Source: Amoebophrya sp. A120 (lineage: Eukaryota > Protista > Dinoflagellata). From it: a DNA stretch of 64,000 nucleotides. Location: assembly GCA_905178155.1 (NCBI GenBank), contig CAJINV010000011.1, positions 307,914 through 371,913 of the forward strand, read 5' to 3'. The notes beneath the pieces were generated by a model. The model was not told where the DNA came from and ran no database searches. It worked only from the letters and a program-made list of their open reading frames with translations. A program made the translations under genes and the position numbers. Positions 37,554 through 49,800 of this stretch are shown piece after piece; position 1 is the first letter of the stretch; each line of letters starts with the position of its first letter.

Positions 37554-38349
37554 GATTTTTTGGAGCTATAATTTAGTGTTGAAACAGCATTAGAAATCGA
37601 TGAACAGTCCAACTTTACAACGATTACAGAAAATTCACAAGCTAGTACACGGCTCGACAGTTTTGCGTTAAAGAAACGTACGACAAGCAGGATTTTCCTC
37701 GTCGGGAAGGTCGATGCTTATCGATAACGAGAAGATCGTCGTGCTCGGCGAAGGTGATCCACTACTGTACTTGATCCTGCAGGTACTGAGATGAACACCA
37801 CGACGCGAGCATAAATGTCACTTCGATGAAGACACGAATCATCGTGAGAAGTGCGGCCATGTTTTTTATTTTGCGTACGTGTATGTACTATTTGTTGCGT
37901 ATTTTTCCAGCAGCTTCTCTATACGTATTTCGTTAAAATGGGTGGGGGTGGCACAGGAGGCGCCGCAATGTTTATTGGTGCCGCAGAGTGGTCTCATATT
38001 CTTTGTTTTCATTTTTCTTGACCTCCTTGCGCAGCTGTTTCTTGTCCTCGCAGTAAGCAATAGCAGAAGGTTGTCGCATTTTGGTGTTTCTGAATATCCT
38101 TTATTATCTAGGTCTATCATACATAATCATACGTGATGTTTGTAGCGTGAGTGTGAATCATACATAGTCACGCAACTGTTGTTCATAGTGTTTTTTTTTT
38201 TCTACTGCGCGAACCTTCTTTGCGCATGTCCGCTCACGCTGGCTGCTCATTCTTCTAAACCAGGCTTGCTGTATTCTTGTCAACATTTCCACTGGTATTT
38301 GTTAGTATTGGCATTCCTTGTATAAGTCCAGAAGCAAGCAGGGCGGGGC

Positions 38350-39929
38350 TCAAAGTCGTCGCGGCCGGCGAAACTTGCGAAGGACTGGAGGATCTTGCGT
38401 TGAGCTCGAGGCGCCACTGGTGCTACTGGCAGCGCTGGAGAAGCCCGAATCGGAATCCCAAGCCGGTGGCAGAAGAAATAAAGCGGGTCCGTCCTCGGAA
38501 GAAGGCGAGGACGGACGTGGGAGCAATCCGGTAGCAGGGCTAGAGAGACCGCTTCTAACGCCGCCTCCTACTTCAACTTCTTCGCGCCCCTCGTGGTATG
38601 TAGCTGCTACGCCGCCGATCGTGGCAAACGGACTCAAGTTTCCATCATGGCCAAGAGTCGTATACGTGCTTGCTTCCGTCTCTGGCGAAGTCGACGACGG
38701 CACTGGATCCAGGCAGCTTGGTCTGATCAAGCCTCCGGGGTCTGGGCAGCGGTCTACCCTACACAGCGGCGTCCCCGTAGGGAGTGGAGGCTGCTCGTTG
38801 GTGGGGGGGGGGGGGTCCCGCGCCCGCTTCCGCTTTGAAAAGTCAAAGTGTGAAAGTTAATGCGTTTCCTATTTAAAAATCGCGCATAGCGAAAAACTTG
38901 CATGAAGACAGAAACTGGTTAGAGTTTGCGATGGAAATCCATTTAAATGTCTCTCCGCTCATGCGAAACAAAAAAAAACAACGTTCGTGCCAGAAATAGA
39001 AATGCCGAGAAATCACTTTTATAAACAAAAAACTACATACCAGCAGATTGAGAAATGGAACTGGCCGAGACCGACAACGGAAAAGGAAACCGCCCGCGCT
39101 GCCGTTCTTGGCGGCGGGGGAGTGCCTGCCGCGAGAGTGCCTCGCTGAAGCCCGGCTTCTCGTCTTGGTCGGTCGTGTCGCTCAATGAAATGCGCACGGC
39201 AGCCGGACTCTGATGCTGATGGCTTTGCGAAGTTTTTGCGCCTGCTTCGGAACTACGGGAAGCAAGGAACCGCTCATGCCGCCCTCCGTGACGACGTCGA
39301 CCTCGACGTGGACGCACCTCGATGCTGCCAGAGTGACCCGCATTGTTCCACTCGGCGCTGCTTTTCCAAAGCGTGCCCGTGGCGCCGCGCAGCGACGTCT
39401 CCGCCCTCTTCGAGGTCAACATCTCTCCGCCGGAGGTTGTGTAGCTGGACGCCTGGTCTTTGTGCGATACACTCTGGGGATGCTGTCCATCTATCGCAGC
39501 CGCCCGGGGGGCAGTCGGACTGCTCCCCGCAAAGGTAGCGGCTGCGCAGTTTGTTCGGCTTGTTGTTCCTGACTGCAGATGTTGGCATGCCGGGCCTCGC
39601 CGTGATCGTGGCTGGTATTGACAACTCTGGCTGGTGCGCCAGGGCAGTGCTGACGAGAGCGACACTGACGAACAAGACGAGTAGGCATAATACGGAAAAT
39701 CGATCCCCGTCCATGCGGACTCGTGCTCTTCGTGGATGGTTAACATGGTGGCGCGAGAAGCGCCAACGTGACAGGAGGAGGAGACAAGAAATAAAAACAC
39801 CGCGAGCAGAATAGGACCGCCCAGAAGTGGCCCTGATCCTCTACGCCCGCGCTCCACCTTCTCTGCGTGACGCGGAGGACCCACTGTACGGCAGAAGTGC
39901 GAGGCGCGGGCTCGGATGCGGAACGACAT
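38350..39929 (-). CDS. Hypothetical protein with an N-proximal hydrophobic segment (2 exons; junction uncertain)
   Basis: ORF 39033..39929 (ILLAVFLFLVSS) ends at a GTATGT donor (39040); the AAG acceptor at ~38833 is in frame with ORF 38350..38730 only if the G13 run at 38803-38815 is 1 nt shorter. Confidence 0.45.
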
Positions 39930-42242
39930 ATCGAATAGCTTTGATTTGACTTCTTAGAAGGGTAGTGCTTGTGACGCTTTTATAAGTATGAGTTATCCAT
40001 CGTTTACAACAAATGAGGGTAGTGCTTGTAAAGCTGTTCGCAATATCTTTTCCCTATACTTTCTGTCTTGGTAATGGTGGTCCTCGTGACTGGGCACTAC
40101 CTACATCTTGGTCTAGGTTTTGCCTCTAGGTTTTTTTGGGATTGAGATAAAGAGCACCACTCAGATCAAAAGAATAGATCGATGCGCTTGATTTCTTGTG
40201 CTGTATGTGTATTCAGTATTATCGTATAGGTAATTGCCATCTCCTACTTTGGATTTTTTTGCGTGCTCGCTTTTCTCGAGTTGTGCCGATCGATGTATAA
40301 AAAAACAAACGGCGCAAAATATTTATAAACACGGAAAGAAAAAGATCGCTTCAAACTACAACTTTGATCGATGCTATGCGCAAGACAGGAGGACCTTGGA
40401 GTTCGAGAACAAGCTCACGTCAAAAATGGGAACAACGACAAATTAATATGTTCAACAGAGCCAAAAAAATCTTTTCCCATTCATCTTTTGCTTTTATTTT
40501 TCAAGTTTTTTTGTAACGTTTTTTTAGTTTATTTCTGACGACCTGGTGTTCCTCTTCATCAAGATGAGAAGTTGTTCGTATGGGTATGTCATTGCATTCA
40601 TATGGCCGCGACAAATCAATTTTCGCTGTGTTGATGTCGGTCGCAGAGCTGCCAGGGTGTAGCGGGTTAATGACTTCAAAAAAATCTCTTGATTACTAGA
40701 ATGAAGGCCACTCCGCAAAAGCTTGGCAGTACTTCTATGCTGAGATCAATACAAAGTCCCGGAGTGCGTCGAGAAAACATAAAGAGAGAGTGCGAGAGAG
40801 CTACCTATATAGATCAACTAGGCAGGACAATATACGACGAACATCACACAGAGGAGCGCTGGTCTTGCTCCCGTCCAACTGCTAGCGTGAGCCTCTCCGC
40901 CCACCTCGCAGCGCCTTCAGAAATGGCCCGGCTGACTACTCTCGGGTCGGATGCTGCGCGCGGATGCTGCTTGTGTTCTTGTTGCCCTAGCCGAAGTGCT
41001 GTTTTCAGGTAGTACAAGCCTGGTAGAGGACGACGATCTAGGCCGAAGACTAGAACGCCCCCTAGCTACTGCGAGGCTTTTAGTAGTCAGTTTGCGTCAA
41101 GGCCGGCCGGAAGACACTGGGATAGTTTACCTGTCGCCTTGTAGCCCGAGTATTGTTCGAACCAACTTTAATATGGAAAAGATCTAAGTCTTTCAATCTT
41201 TGGAATTCAAATGCTGTTGGTCCTATGAAGAAGAACGAAAGAAGTAAAAGTGATGGATAAGTTTGAATTTGGTATACGTGCTTAATTTTTTTTTCCCGCT
41301 ACTACGTTGCTATTTGACTAGGACTAGCCCCTATTTCAACAAAGACGTTGCTATTCTTGAGTAGACTTCAACAGTTGCACACAGAAACCCTCTCTATTAA
41401 TGACCTTTTCTATTTGAAATATGCGCAGCTTTGAACGAAAAAAGTAAAAAAAAGTTGTCTGGTCGTTACAACTGGTTGCGACAATTGGTCCACCATGATC
41501 TATGTTTGTGCACCCAGATGATAGTACATTAGCTTACTCTCGGTCGTCATTTTGTTGCTTCAGAAAAAGATGGAACGTAAATGACAACAAAAATATATCC
41601 AAAAAATAAGCCTATCGATGCTAGTGGTGCTAGCTTTGTAAATACTACATGTAGATATTCTTTATCTGATACAATACATGGATAATTGCGCATCTACATA
41701 TAATTTTTTCGCCTCAGCGCTATACCGCTGATGACTTTCCGCAAAAATCTAGAAAATAAATCCAGCCTCCTCTATATCATAATCCGCCCCGAGGTTTGGA
41801 AATCATCAGTAAGTATTGCGCACACGGTCGCCCAGTAGGGGACAAAAAACATTTTTTTTTACATTTTGTGAATTATTATGCTTGCATGTAGGACAACGAC
41901 AACATCTGTTTCAACAAGCAAAAGTAGATGAGAGCCTACCAGTCGCAGTAACCTGAACTTTTGTCCACCACCTTTGGCTCGCGGTTGTTGTTGTTGTTCC
42001 CGTTCCCGTACCGGCTACTATTGGGGAGGACCCTGTTGTAGGAGGAGGATCCAGCAGGTCCGCCACTTTTGTTGTCGTCTCGATCTTTTTCCGGCGTTTC
42101 ATCCCACGCCCTCGCCCACCACTCGTCGTCTGTCTTTTGATACTTCTTGGGCTGGTATCAAAGGTGCACAAGAACTACTCTCCCTTCCGCTCATCGTGTG
42201 ATGTCATGCCAAATATCAAATCCACTTCTCACTCTTAGGGTC

Positions 42243-43720
42243 TGGTCGCATGACAAGTTCTCTGTTCCTCGAGTTGTAGAGAAAAAAATGAAGGCCCTAA
42301 AATATCCACCTTTTCGCCCATCTTTGAAATTTTGGCCAGTTGATTGCTCGGCGCCCTCACCTATCATCGCGTAGCGCCTCTTCGATGGCGGCTGCGCGTC
42401 CGCCTTTGCAAACGCGCTAAGCAGGGCTGTTCTATTTCTGCCCCGAGGCCCGGGGCAGAAACGCAAGCCAACCACCCCAAAGAGAAAAGCCACCCAAACG
42501 AGCCCCCCAATCATATGAGGCCATGGAGCCTGAGCGCACCTCTGCTTGCGCAGGTAGGGAAAGGCACCGGTGGTTCTTGAGATTTGAAAAGATGCCCTTT
42601 CAGCATCTTTTCACATCTGAAGCGCGTGGCCTTTGGCCTGCAAAATTTGAAAAGATGCTGAAGGAGCATCTTTGCCATAACGAAGCCACAAGAGACCCGA
42701 GCAGTTTACTCTTCTGTGGTTTCCAGGATTTGAAAAGATGCTGAAGGAACATCTTTTCGAATTTCAAAAGGCGCAAAAGAGGCGGGTCGCCTGCTCTTCT
42801 GTGCTTTTCAAAATTTGAAAAGATGCTCTAGGAGCATCTTCTCAATTTTTGAAGCCGCAGAAAGCGGGGTCGGCTTACTCGTCTGTGGTTTTCAAAATTC
42901 GAAAAGATGCTAAAGGAGCATCCTTTCAATCTTCGAAGCCGCAGAAGAGCCGATCCGTTTTCTGTCCTGAGGTTGCCAAGATTCGAAAAGGTGCTGAAGG
43001 AGCATCTTTTCAAATTTTACATGCCGCAGACGAGGAGGGCAGCTGGCTGTTCTGTGGCTTTCAGGATTTGAAAAGATGCCGAAGGAGCATCTTTTCAAAT
43101 TTGAGAAACCACGCAAAGGGAGGTCAGCTCAGTCTTCTGTGGCTTCCAAAATTTGAAAAGATGCTACCAGCGCATCTTTTCAAATTTCGACAGCCGCGGA
43201 AAGGGTGGGCAGCCTACTCTTCTGCGTGGCTTTCAAAATTCGCAAACTTGCTGAGGGGGCATCTTCGCAATCTTCGGAGCCACAAAAGAGGCAAGCAAAC
43301 AGGTGTCGCCAGAGGCACGGCTTTGCTTACCATCTGGCGACCCGCCAGCTGGAGCGCAAGTCAAAGCCTTGGACTTTTGTCAGCAATTCTCTGTCTGGGC
43401 GCACCAAGGAGGGTTCCCAAATAGGTTCATCAAAATCCACCATACCATGCGGAATAGCTTAAGTTAATAGCCTCTTGGGAGACCTCATCAAAGAGGTTGC
43501 CAAGGAGGTTGTCAAATTTTGAAAAGATGCTGAAGGAAACATCTTTTCAAAATTTGGAAAGTGAGAAGCCACTTATCAAAATTTGAAAAGATGCAGAAAG
43601 AGCATCTTTTCAAAATTTGATAGCTTTCAAAGTTGAAAAGATGAGCACTTTGCGTGATGACGATGTTGATAGATTGGTCGCATGACAAGTTCTCTGTTCC
43701 TCGAGTTGTAGAGAAAAAAA
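42243..43720. mobile_element. 1.39-kb insertion (42289-43674) between perfect 46-bp direct repeats
   Basis: TGGTCGCATGACAAGTTCTCTGTTCCTCGAGTTGTAGAGAAAAAAA at 42243-42288 and 43675-43720; no convincing coding content; GAT-rich right end. Confidence 0.75.
42580..43645. repeat. Array of palindromic ~85-bp units (core TTTGAAAAGATGC-N7-GCATCTTTTCAAA)
   Basis: Cores at about 42586, 42649, 42732, 42817, 42901, 42985, 43070, 43155 and 43241 (degenerate), then 43521 and 43585. Confidence 0.92.
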
Positions 43721-43858
43721 CAGTGCTAGAATTGTTGTCCTTGTTCGGTGGATTTTACATGCGGGAGATGACCCACTTCTGTGCCACTAAAACAACTTGT
43801 GTGGCTTCTAATAAATATGCGTTTGTTCAAATGAAGTTGAAGGGGAGGTTCAGCACAA

Positions 43859-46800
43859 CTACAACTCTCGTAGCTGGTCGTCGTGCCGTTTGCTCGGGCT
43901 CCTCGGGCGTTTGTTGGTGTGTTCCTTCTCCCTGCTGGAGTAACGCGACGGGCCTGGGCCGCCCAGAATGTCGTGCGAGGAGCGATCGTTCTTGTTGCGA
44001 GGAGAGCTTTATCCTGCGTAAAAGTATGGCACTCGTAGTAATTGCATTTATGCATTACAAATCTCTCTCTCAAGGGAAATCACAATGACAAATTCAATTT
44101 GTAATCATGCTGGGCTAATTTGTAATGCAATTTATACTAGTACGATACTTTTGCAGTGCATAAGCTTGTTTCACCTCGTCCATCATCTCCCCACGACAGA
44201 GACACCGGTCTTTTCGGATTCTTGGCAAGGCCGTCGTTGTGGTTTTTGGCAACTTTATTGCCTCCGCCCGCAAAAGTAGTGTTGTAGTTGGTCTCGATAG
44301 ACGTTGTGTCCTTTTCTTTGCTTCGGCCTCCACCTCTCGGCTTATTATTATCCTTCAGCTTGCTACTTCGACCACCTCTCGGTTCCCGGGGCAGGCTGCG
44401 TTGCTTCACCTTACTTTCCTTGCCACCATCTTCGCGGACGTTATTCGAAGCGCTGTTGACGCGCTCCTTACTACTTCGGCCGCCAAGGAGATGTACGGGT
44501 GTGGTCTTCTTATCTTTCACTTTGCTTCCGCCCCGTCCGTTTGGTCGGTTTATCGCGGAAGAAGGACTTCGACTTTTATTTGGTCTTATCACGGAAGGAC
44601 TTCGACCTGGTCGGTTGATCACGGAAGGACTTCGACTTGGTGCTCGGTAACAACGACCGCCAAGATGTCTATTGTCCGGAGCCGGGCTCCTCCTACGGAT
44701 CATGTTGTCTCCTCGGTTATCCTGAGTAAAAACGTCATCCCCACGACCCCAGAGTTGTCATGCAAATCTGCATGTTGAAAATACTTCCCATGCGGAGCCC
44801 CATGAGAGGCGTTTTCTTTTTGTGTTTCGGAATTTGTCACGCTCCAATCAGCGCGATGTGCTAGATCTGTGACGCTGCTGCACTAGCAAAACAGGACTAC
44901 ACTACGAGGCCAGGCTTGTCATGCAGAACTCCCAGAGCTTGGAGATCATTTCTGTTGCAAATTTACCATTAAGTACTTGACTACGGTGTGGGGACGTTTT
45001 TTCACAGGATATCGATCCCCGCCGCCGCCGCGATTGCGACTTCGAGACCGGGATGAACGGCGCAGGGGCCCACGTTGATGATCCGCAATTCGATTAGCGC
45101 CAGTGGAGGAGGAAGACGCAGCAAGAGGTTTATTGGTATGATTTCCCCGCAAATGCTCCTGGACGGGCGGACTGAGGGATCTTCCCCGCCTGCCTTTCAC
45201 TTTGCTCCCACCCCTCCACGTGCTCTTTGGGCGGACTGGGGACACTGCCTTCCGTTTCATCGTCTCATCCCGTTTTGCTTTATATGCTGCGAGCGCAGCA
45301 CCAGAAGGGGTGAGACCGCGATCCTCCGAGTCACCGTCGCGCCACCCGTCACCCAGTCGAGATTGACCGTCCCGCAAGGCCGACGTCTTCTCGTTCTGTC
45401 TCAACAATTTCGCGTCAAGGATTTCGCGCTCTGCCATTTGCTTCTGCGCTGCCTCGCTCATCCCAAAGTGGTTGTTTGTCGCGGAACCGGAAGGAGGAGC
45501 GATAAACGAGGAGGAGGAAGCAGCAGCTGCTGCTCCTGCGCTTGTCGTAGTTGCTCCCGCGAAGACTAGCGGCCGTGGCACATAATTCGCAGGCAGCGGC
45601 TGCAAGGGGTAGTTCTTGATGTCCGGACGGCCACCCGGATACGCCCTGGGTGCCTTTTGTTCTCGCTGCTGGCGCTGGCGTTCTGCCACATCTTTTTCGC
45701 TCACGCTATGAACTGCAAAGGCATCGCACTCGTAGTAATTGGAATTGCAACCATGCAGTACAAATTATCTTTTTCTTAAGGTAAATTTTTATCCGCAATA
45801 GAAATTCTATTTCTCATACAAATAATATTTGTATATATGCATTAGTATAGGAGTACGATGCTTTTGCAATTCATACACGTGAAAGAATCTGGGACTTCTG
45901 CTACGGCCATTTCGGTCTGCGCGTTCATGCACTTTGAAATCTGGATCATCTTCATCGAGAAAGTCCAGCTCACCCTTGCCCGCTTGCAACTTGAGCTTTG
46001 AAGACCGGTCCACTTTATTCTTGCTGGGAGAACGCCCGCGCCCCTTGGCCTTCGCTTTCGGTGCAGGACTTTTCTTCTTGCTTGGGGGCCTTTTGGCGTC
46101 CTTGTTCTTACTGGGAGAGCGGGCTCGGGCTTTCGCCTTCGGCGCCGGGCTTTTCGCCTTACTCGGGGGCCTTTTGGCGTCCTTGTTCTTACTGGGAGAG
46201 CGGGCTCTGGCTTTCGCTTTCGGCGCCGGGCTTTTCGCCTTACTCGGGGACCTTTTGGCGTCCTTGTTCTTACTGGGAGAGCGGGCTCTGGCTTTCGCTT
46301 TCGGCGCCGGGCTTTTCGCCTTACTCGGGGACCTTTTGGCGTCCTTGTTCTTACTGGGAGAGCGGGCTCTGGCTTTCGCTTTCGGCGCCGGGCTTTTCGC
46401 CTTACTCGGGGGCCTTTTGGCGTCCTTGTTCTTACTGGGAGAGCGGGCTCTGGCTTTCGCTTTCGGCGCCGGGCTTTTCGCCTTACTCGGGGACCTTTTG
46501 GCGTCCTTGTTCTTACTGGGAGAGCGGGCTCTGGCTTTCGCTTTCGGCGCCGGGCTTTTCGCCTTACTCGGGGGCCTTTTGGCGTCCTTGTTCTTACTGG
46601 GAGAGCGGGCTCTGGCTTTCGCTTTCGGCGCCGGGCTTTTCGCCTTACTCGAGGAGCTTTTGGCGTCCTTGTTCTTACTGGGAGAGCGGGCTCTGGCTTT
46701 CGCTTTCGCTTTCGGCGCCGGGCTTTTCCCCTTACTCGGAGACCTGTTGGCGTCCTTGTTCTTACTGGGAGAGCGGGCTCGGGCTTTCGCTTTCGCTTTC

Positions 46801-49800
46801 GGCGCCGGGCCTTTCCCCTTACTCGGAGACCTTTTGGCGTCCTTGTTCTTACTGGGAGAGCGGGCTCGGGCTTTCGCTTTCGGCGCCGGGCTTTTGTTTT
46901 TGCTGGGTGATCGGGCGTTCCTCTTTTTGCTAGGCGACCGCCCCCTTCCCTTGGCTTTCGCTTTCGGCGCGGGACTCTTGCTTTTGCTGGGCGACCGGGC
47001 GTCCTTCTTCTTGCTGCGCGACCGTCCACGCCCCTTGGCCTTCGCTTTCGGCGCAGGACTTTTGTTTGCGCTAGGCGATCGAACCCGGCTAGGACCGCGT
47101 CGTTTTGGTAGATCATATCAAATGCAAATATGTCTGGGTGGTCTGGAAGATTTGGAGAGTTTGTCATGCAAATTGTACATTCATGGCCTCCGATGTTGCC
47201 TGTGATGCATTCTCTAGCATCACAGCTCTCGCCAAGGTTTGCTCATGCCTATTTTGCATGAGAAATGCCCTCTTTGAGTGGCAACAATCTGAGCGCCTGT
47301 TGCCTCTCATGCAATACAGATTTTTTTGTGATCGACAGCTAGCATGATCACAAATCCCATTCTTTCCAGACCCAGACACATTTGCAATTGATAGATCCGC
47401 ACGTTCTACGATCCCGACGCTTCCTCGTCGTTGCTCGCTGCCACCACCTTGCTTCCCCTCGTCCACACGCTCGTTTTCTTTTTCGAAGCGATCAGCTGCA
47501 TCACCGTTTAAGCGGTCAGCTGCAGCGGTCTTTTCCTTGCTTTTGCTGCGGCCGCGTTTCATCGGTTCTCGTTTCTTACTCCGTTCTCTTTCCTGGCTTC
47601 TCGGCCGGTCATCTTCGCTCTTTTCATTCCTAAGGGGCAGGAGCGCTGGTGGAGGTAAAACAGCCGGTAGTCTCTGAAGTTGTGGTCTACTTTCCGCGGG
47701 AGCCGGTCTGCTTTCCTCGGCCGAGTCTTTCTTCTTTGGAGGACTCAAATCGCGCTTCGGGTTCTTGTCAATACCGGAATTGTTGTTTTCCGCTGCGACT
47801 ACTTCTGCCGGTGGGTTTTGCTGCTTCTCCTTGGTCTTGCTCGCCCCTCGCTTCATCGCAAGCAGGCTCACAGCATCACTTTCTGGTGCCGGAGGTGCTG
47901 GACCCAGCTGTTGCTTTTCCTTGCTCTGCCCCCGGCGCTTGGGCGACTCTTTTTTCTTGGGCACCGCTTTATCATTGTTCTTAAGCTTGCTCGCACCCCG
48001 CTTGCTCGCACCAGCACTGCTGTCTTGGATCGGCGGAGCTTGCACCTCTGGCTCGTCTTTCTTGGGCCCCTTCTCTTTGTTGTCCTTGAGCTTGCTCGCA
48101 CCCCGCTTGGTTGCACGGGCGTTTCGCTCCGCATCCACTGCTCCACCCAACAATAATAGCACATTGCTTCGCGCCCCCGGAGGTTCCACCTGACCTGCCG
48201 ACTGAGAGGACACTGTCATGCCTACGCAAGAAGATGAAGCAGAAGCACTTGATGGCGGCGCGACAGCAGCTTGCCTGGAAGATGAAGCACTTGATGACGC
48301 GACAGCAGCTTGCTTCGTCGTGGTGTTGGGCTGCTTTACTAGAAGCTCGGGTTGTCGGTGTCCTCTTCGTGCTTGTTCACCTTTCTGCTTATCACCGTCT
48401 TGTTTGGTGCCCAACAGGTCCCAAAGTGCGTCGGCTGTAGTGACTTCCTTCTGCACTGCAACTGCAGGGGCGCTCGTGCCCTGATTATCCGTGCTTGCAT
48501 CTCCTGCCACGACCGCGGTGTTGGAGGAAGAGGAAGCAGCTACAGTATCTTCTCGCGGGACTGGCGGGTCGTCCCGCAGCACTGCAGAGGCGCTCGAAGG
48601 CTGATTTTGGGCGCTTTCATTTTCTGCCACCGGATTTGAGGATGTAGCTTCAGCATCATCTGATTGCGGGAGTGGTCGTGCTTCCTCTTTCTGCTGATTA
48701 ACGTCTTGACCGCCCAACATGTCCCAAAGAGCGTCGGCTGTGAGCTGCTCCTGCTGCACTGCAGGATCAGTTGTGCTCTGATTCATTTGGTTGCTCTGAT
48801 TTCCTACCACCGCGGCGTTTGAGGAAGAGGAAGAGGAAGCAGTGGCAGCATCTCCCGGGATCGGCGGGTTCCGCAGCGCTGCGGCTGTGAGCTCCTCCTG
48901 AACTGCAGGGGCGCTCGTGCTCTGATTTATTTGGCTACTTTGATTTCCTGACGCCGCAGCGCTTGAGGAAGAGGAAGAAGTGGCAGCAACCCGCGGGAGA
49001 ATTGCCGGGTCCCGTAGCGCACCAGCTGAAAGTCCGTCCTGCACCACTGCAGGGGCACGCGTGCTCTGATTTTCCGTGCTTGCAGTTCCTGCCACCGGGT
49101 TCGAAGAGGCAGCTTCAGCATCTCGCGGCTGTCGTCCCGCTTCATCTTTCTGCCTACTAACGTCTTGCCCCAACATGTCCCAGAGTGCGTCAGCTGTGAG
49201 TTGTTCCTGCTGCACTGCAGGGGCGCTAGTGTTGCCCTGAAGATTCTGGGAGGTGCTTTCATTTCCTGTCGCCAGATTTGATGAAGAGGAGGAAGCAGTG
49301 GCAGCATCTCGCGGGATAATTGACGGATCCGGCAGCACTTCAGCTGTGGGTCCCTCCTGCACTGCAGGGGCACGCGTGTTCTGATTTTCATCCGTGCTCT
49401 CGTTTTCTGCCACCGGATTTGAAGACGGGGCAGTGTCAACAGCATCTCGCGGTCGCGGAACTGGTCCTTCATCTCTCTGCTTATCCTTGTCCTCACCCAA
49501 CATGTCCCACAGCTCGTCGGCTGTGATTTGTTCCTGCTGCACCTCTGCAGAGGCCGCGCTAGTGTTGCCCTGAAGAAGATTCTGTGTGCTTTCATTTCCT
49601 GTCGCCAGATTTGCGGAAGAGGAAGCAGTGGCAGCATCTCGCGGGATAATTGCCGGATCCCGCAGCGCTTCAGCTGTGGGTCCTTCCTGTACTGCAGGCG
49701 CACGACTCGTGCTCTGATTTAATGTAGTTTGGTTGCTTTGATTTGTTCCTGCCAACGCGGCGTTGGAGGATGAAGACAAGGAAGCAGCCCCGACATCATG

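Noticed and set aside
42580-43645. CRISPR array (regularly spaced palindromic repeats)
   Set aside because: The spacers are homologous to each other and themselves palindromic, the repeats vary, no cas genes are visible and the context is eukaryotic.
45842-47205. Arg-rich ORF 45842..47167 (-) and hydrophobic ORFs 45934..47205 and 45998..46933 (+)
   Set aside because: Alternative frames of the 81-bp repeat; the minus ORF starts and ends inside introners, and the junctions select the SPSK frame.
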